From a virus (lineage: Duplodnaviria; Caudoviricetes), in IMG/VR virus record IMGVR_UViG_3300020045_001537, positions 1-29,704 of that record: a stretch of DNA of 29,704 nt. One strand, given 5' to 3'. Position 1 is the stretch's first letter. Every line of letters begins with the position of its first letter. The notes below the pieces were generated by a model. It was given only the letters and a program-made list of their open reading frames with translations. It was not told the origin of the DNA and did no database searches. Shown here piece after piece: positions 26,795-29,704 of this stretch. The translations under genes were made by a program, and so were the position numbers.

Positions 26795-28894
26795 ATGAAT
26801 GATTACGAAGCACTGCTTAGGCGCTACGGAGTAAGCACTCCTATTCTGCCATACGCGGGTATTGCCGAGCCTACAGACACCAGCGCAACCGATTACCAGT
26901 CTTTGCTAGACAAGTACAACGTTGACCGTGCGGAGTACGATGCATGGTTACGCGAGTACAAACGCCGACAAGCCGCATGGAACATGTATGGGCCGGACTA
27001 TCAAGGTGAGCTACTTGGGGCACCTACATATACCTACGCTCCTGAAGCTGAAAAGCCGGCTAGCGTAGCACCAGTAACCCCCGTTATTGTACCCCCAACT
27101 GTGCTCCCAGAACTTGGTCAAGGTAACGGCGGAAGTTCTTCGCAGCCTTCCCAAACTACACCTGGACTTACTAGTAAAGATCTTTATGGTGCACCAACTA
27201 CTTACGGGTGGAGCTTTGATCAAGCTGTACAGTCTGTAAAAGACAACCCAATGGGTTACACAACATTAGGGCTAGTATCTCCGCTTGGAGCGCTCGGCAA
27301 ATTTTCAGTGGCTGGACTAACCGAAAATATACCGGACGCGTCACCAGGCACGATTATGGGTGAACGCGCAGCAGGGTTAACTGACGAAGCTGATGCAATG
27401 GCTGGATTTGGGATGCAGGCAGCACTTGATGCGGCAGATCAATCTGTTGCTGCAGACCGCACAGCTGCAGGCGACCCAATGAGTGGCTTTGACACTGACA
27501 GTGCCGGAGATTTCGGTGGGTTAACTGCAAACGAAGGCCCCGGCGCTGCTGACAGTAGCCATGACGCAGATGGTAACGACGGAGCATACAAAACAGGCGG
27601 GTTAGTCGCTATGCACCGCAAGTATAAAGACGGCGGCGTCATTGAAGGTGACAGGGGCCTAGACTTATCAAAAGTTACCCCAGAGCAGCTTGCGTATTTA
27701 CAGCAGGAAGATCCTGGGGCTTTGCAGCGCGGGATCGCCAGGTTTGACCGCTCGCAGTCTCCCGCCCCGTCTGAAGCTGCAAATCTTTTGCAGCTAACTG
27801 CCAAGTACGCCCGAGCAGTACCTCCACAGGAGTCTGTGTATGGTACAGAGCTACGCGAAGCACGCCAAGTTGCTAGTCATGAAACAGACGCGTTTAACCG
27901 GCTTATCGCACAAGCTACGGAGCAGAAAAATGAAGGCCCAAGTCGAGCTGAAATGTACTTCAAGCTTGCCGCTGCCTTTGGTGCCCCCACCAAAACAGGG
28001 TCTTTTGGTGAAAGCTTAGCAAATGCTAGTGGGGCAATGGCTGAGCACCAAAAAGATGTTCGGGCTAGTAACTCTGCAGATGCAGCCCGTAGACTTCAAC
28101 TGGGAATGGCTAGCCAGCAAGCTCGGATGGATGCTGCAAAGACTGACGTGGCAACTTTGCGGCAGCTTACAGCTAAGGAGCTTGAAGAGCAGCGCACAAT
28201 GGCTATGGAACTAATGAAAGTCCAGATTGCTGCGGGTAAGCCGCAATCTGAAGCAGGCAAAATTGCAATGGATAAAGGCCTCCGCCCAGGTACTCCTGAG
28301 TATGCTAGCTTTGTTGATGCCTACGTAACTGATAAAGTAGAAAGCGGCAAGCTCTTCAAAGAAGCCATGATTAGCGTAGCACAGCAAGGCGCAAATGTAC
28401 GACAAAGCGCTGAAAACCGAAAAGTTACTGAAGCGGGAATGCTGACCCCAGCAGAGGGCAAGATGGTGGCCACAGAGCAGACAGCCCAAGATGCTAAGGC
28501 TATGCTTGCTAGTAACCTTGAAAAAGCATATCAGCTTAATAAGAAGGCAATGTCTGGGTCCGGCGTGTCTAAGGTCACAGGTGCGGTACTGGGCGCTGTA
28601 GGCTACCCAAGTGAGCAGCTTAAAGCAGAAGAGCAACTTACGCAGCTCCTTACGCAAGCGTCACTTGATTATGCTTCCCGCCTAAAGCCTATGTCTGATG
28701 CGGACGCACGGTTAGCTCAAAAGCTAACAGGTCTACTTGGAACAAGCCCTGCATCACGTGCTGCGCAGATCCAAGCTTTGTACGAGCAATCCAAGGCTGA
28801 GATTGATCAGCATAAAGCGCGTATTGAAGACGTCCGTAATCGCAAGAACCGCACAAAGAGCCCGGAGCCTGTAAGTGTAGAAGGAGCGGAATAA
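26795..28894 (+). CDS. Internal virion/ejection protein (699 aa)
   Basis: GGAG SD and ATG at 26795; acidic N-terminal part, double xGG motif near aa 265, then helical body with APTKTGSFGESL. Confidence 0.65.
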   Translation: MNDYEALLRRYGVSTPILPYAGIAEPTDTSATDYQSLLDKYNVDRAEYDAWLREYKRRQAAWNMYGPDYQGELLGAPTYTYAPEAEKPASVAPVTPVIVPPTVLPELGQGNGGSSSQPSQTTPGLTSKDLYGAPTTYGWSFDQAVQSVKDNPMGYTTLGLVSPLGALGKFSVAGLTENIPDASPGTIMGERAAGLTDEADAMAGFGMQAALDAADQSVAADRTAAGDPMSGFDTDSAGDFGGLTANEGPGAADSSHDADGNDGAYKTGGLVAMHRKYKDGGVIEGDRGLDLSKVTPEQLAYLQQEDPGALQRGIARFDRSQSPAPSEAANLLQLTAKYARAVPPQESVYGTELREARQVASHETDAFNRLIAQATEQKNEGPSRAEMYFKLAAAFGAPTKTGSFGESLANASGAMAEHQKDVRASNSADAARRLQLGMASQQARMDAAKTDVATLRQLTAKELEEQRTMAMELMKVQIAAGKPQSEAGKIAMDKGLRPGTPEYASFVDAYVTDKVESGKLFKEAMISVAQQGANVRQSAENRKVTEAGMLTPAEGKMVATEQTAQDAKAMLASNLEKAYQLNKKAMSGSGVSKVTGAVLGAVGYPSEQLKAEEQLTQLLTQASLDYASRLKPMSDADARLAQKLTGLLGTSPASRAAQIQALYEQSKAEIDQHKARIEDVRNRKNRTKSPEPVSVEGAE

Positions 28895-29704
28895 TGGTAG
28901 ACAACCTTAAAGGTATTACACGCGCAGCACTTGGCCAAGGTCTGGCTATGGGCTGGGGTGACGAGGGCGAAGCCTGGCTTCGGTCTAAGTTAGGCGCTGA
29001 AGCCTACGAACCGGCACTTGCTAAGATCCGGCAAGAGCAAGGTCAGTACTCAGCAGATAATCCCTGGGTTTCTGGCATCAGCGAATTTGCCGGGGGTATG
29101 CTCCCCGGAATTGGTGCTATGTTTATCCCAGGTGCACAAGGTGCTGGTGCTGCGCAGCTTGGTCGTACAACTATGCAAGGTCTAGCCCGTATGGGTGCAC
29201 TTGGCGCAGTATCTGGTGCTGTTTCCGGCGCAGGATCTGCTGATGAAGCTACACGCCTTGAGGGTGCAAAAGCTGGCGCAATCCTTGGCGGTGGTCTGGG
29301 TGTACTATTACCGGCCGCAGTTCGTGGCAGCAGCGTAGCTACTAAGTGGCTCCGGGACAAGCTGCGCCCTTCAGACGAACTTGTTCAAACAAGAGCTTCT
29401 GAAAAGATGCTTGGCGCTTTGAAGCGCGACGACATGTCCCCTACACAAGCAGAACAAGCGTTTAGGGCTGATCGGCCAAGCACACTGCCGTTTACTGGGA
29501 AGCCTACGTCAGATATTCCGTCGGTGCTTGCAAACGTATCGCCCCAGCTAGCTAGACAAGCCCAAGAAGCTATCAAGCATCCAGGGCCGGGTAGCCGGCA
29601 ATTAGAACAAAGGCTATCAGCCCAACGTACTGGTACTAAGCACCGCGTGCATGACCAGCTGAACGAGGCACTAGATGCTAAGGACTGGTATACTGAAGAC
29701 GAAC
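28894..29704 (+). CDS. Large ejection protein, 3' truncated (not in ORF track)
   Basis: AAGGAG upstream, TAATG overlap; MVDNLKGITRAALGQGLAMGWGDEGEAWLRS..., Gly/Ala-rich hydrophobic segments; frame open to the window end. Confidence 0.8.
   Translation, partial: MVDNLKGITRAALGQGLAMGWGDEGEAWLRSKLGAEAYEPALAKIRQEQGQYSADNPWVSGISEFAGGMLPGIGAMFIPGAQGAGAAQLGRTTMQGLARMGALGAVSGAVSGAGSADEATRLEGAKAGAILGGGLGVLLPAAVRGSSVATKWLRDKLRPSDELVQTRASEKMLGALKRDDMSPTQAEQAFRADRPSTLPFTGKPTSDIPSVLANVSPQLARQAQEAIKHPGPGSRQLEQRLSAQRTGTKHRVHDQLNEALDAKDWYTEDE

Larger units (their letters stand above)
1..29704 (+). mobile_element. Tailed phage (podovirus-like) structural, lysis and ejection gene region; Gram-negative host
   Basis: Portal, MCP, tailspikes, lysozyme plus spanins, nozzle and ejection-type proteins, all on one strand. 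No host housekeeping genes or integrase in the window. Confidence 0.95.

Noticed and set aside
1-29704. CRISPR array, tRNA, rRNA, integrase, tail sheath or tube genes, alternative genetic code
   Set aside because: None seen; standard-code ORFs tile the window and all three stop codons are used.

Overview
The whole window is the late (virion morphogenesis) region of a tailed dsDNA phage with podovirus-like organisation. All credible genes lie on the + strand, tightly packed with ATGA/TAATG overlaps. Order: 3' end of an upstream gene, portal, free-standing GIY-YIG homing endonuclease, two small ORFs, GroES-like co-chaperonin, scaffold-like protein, capsid accessory genes, major capsid protein (Mu gpT-like), terminator and pseudoknotted RNA element, head decoration/adaptor genes, an Mtd-N-like RBP adaptor, two beta-helix tailspikes, a Gram-negative lysis cassette (holin-like, SAR-type lysozyme, three tiny membrane peptides, Rz with embedded Rz1), a second adaptor, tail fibre and nozzle, a GNAT acetyltransferase, and large Gly/Ala/Gln-rich internal (ejection) proteins running off the right end. 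The most notable signals are: (i) a [YFLH]-[AKS]-x-G-G motif repeated 10 times in 5 otherwise dissimilar proteins, a candidate packaging or di-glycine cleavage signal; (ii) repeated late promoter/leader motifs, including SD-containing hairpins with compensatory changes; (iii) three unannotated translationally coupled micro-membrane peptides inside the lysis cassette. Product calls come from motif recognition and gene order only; no database searches were run.
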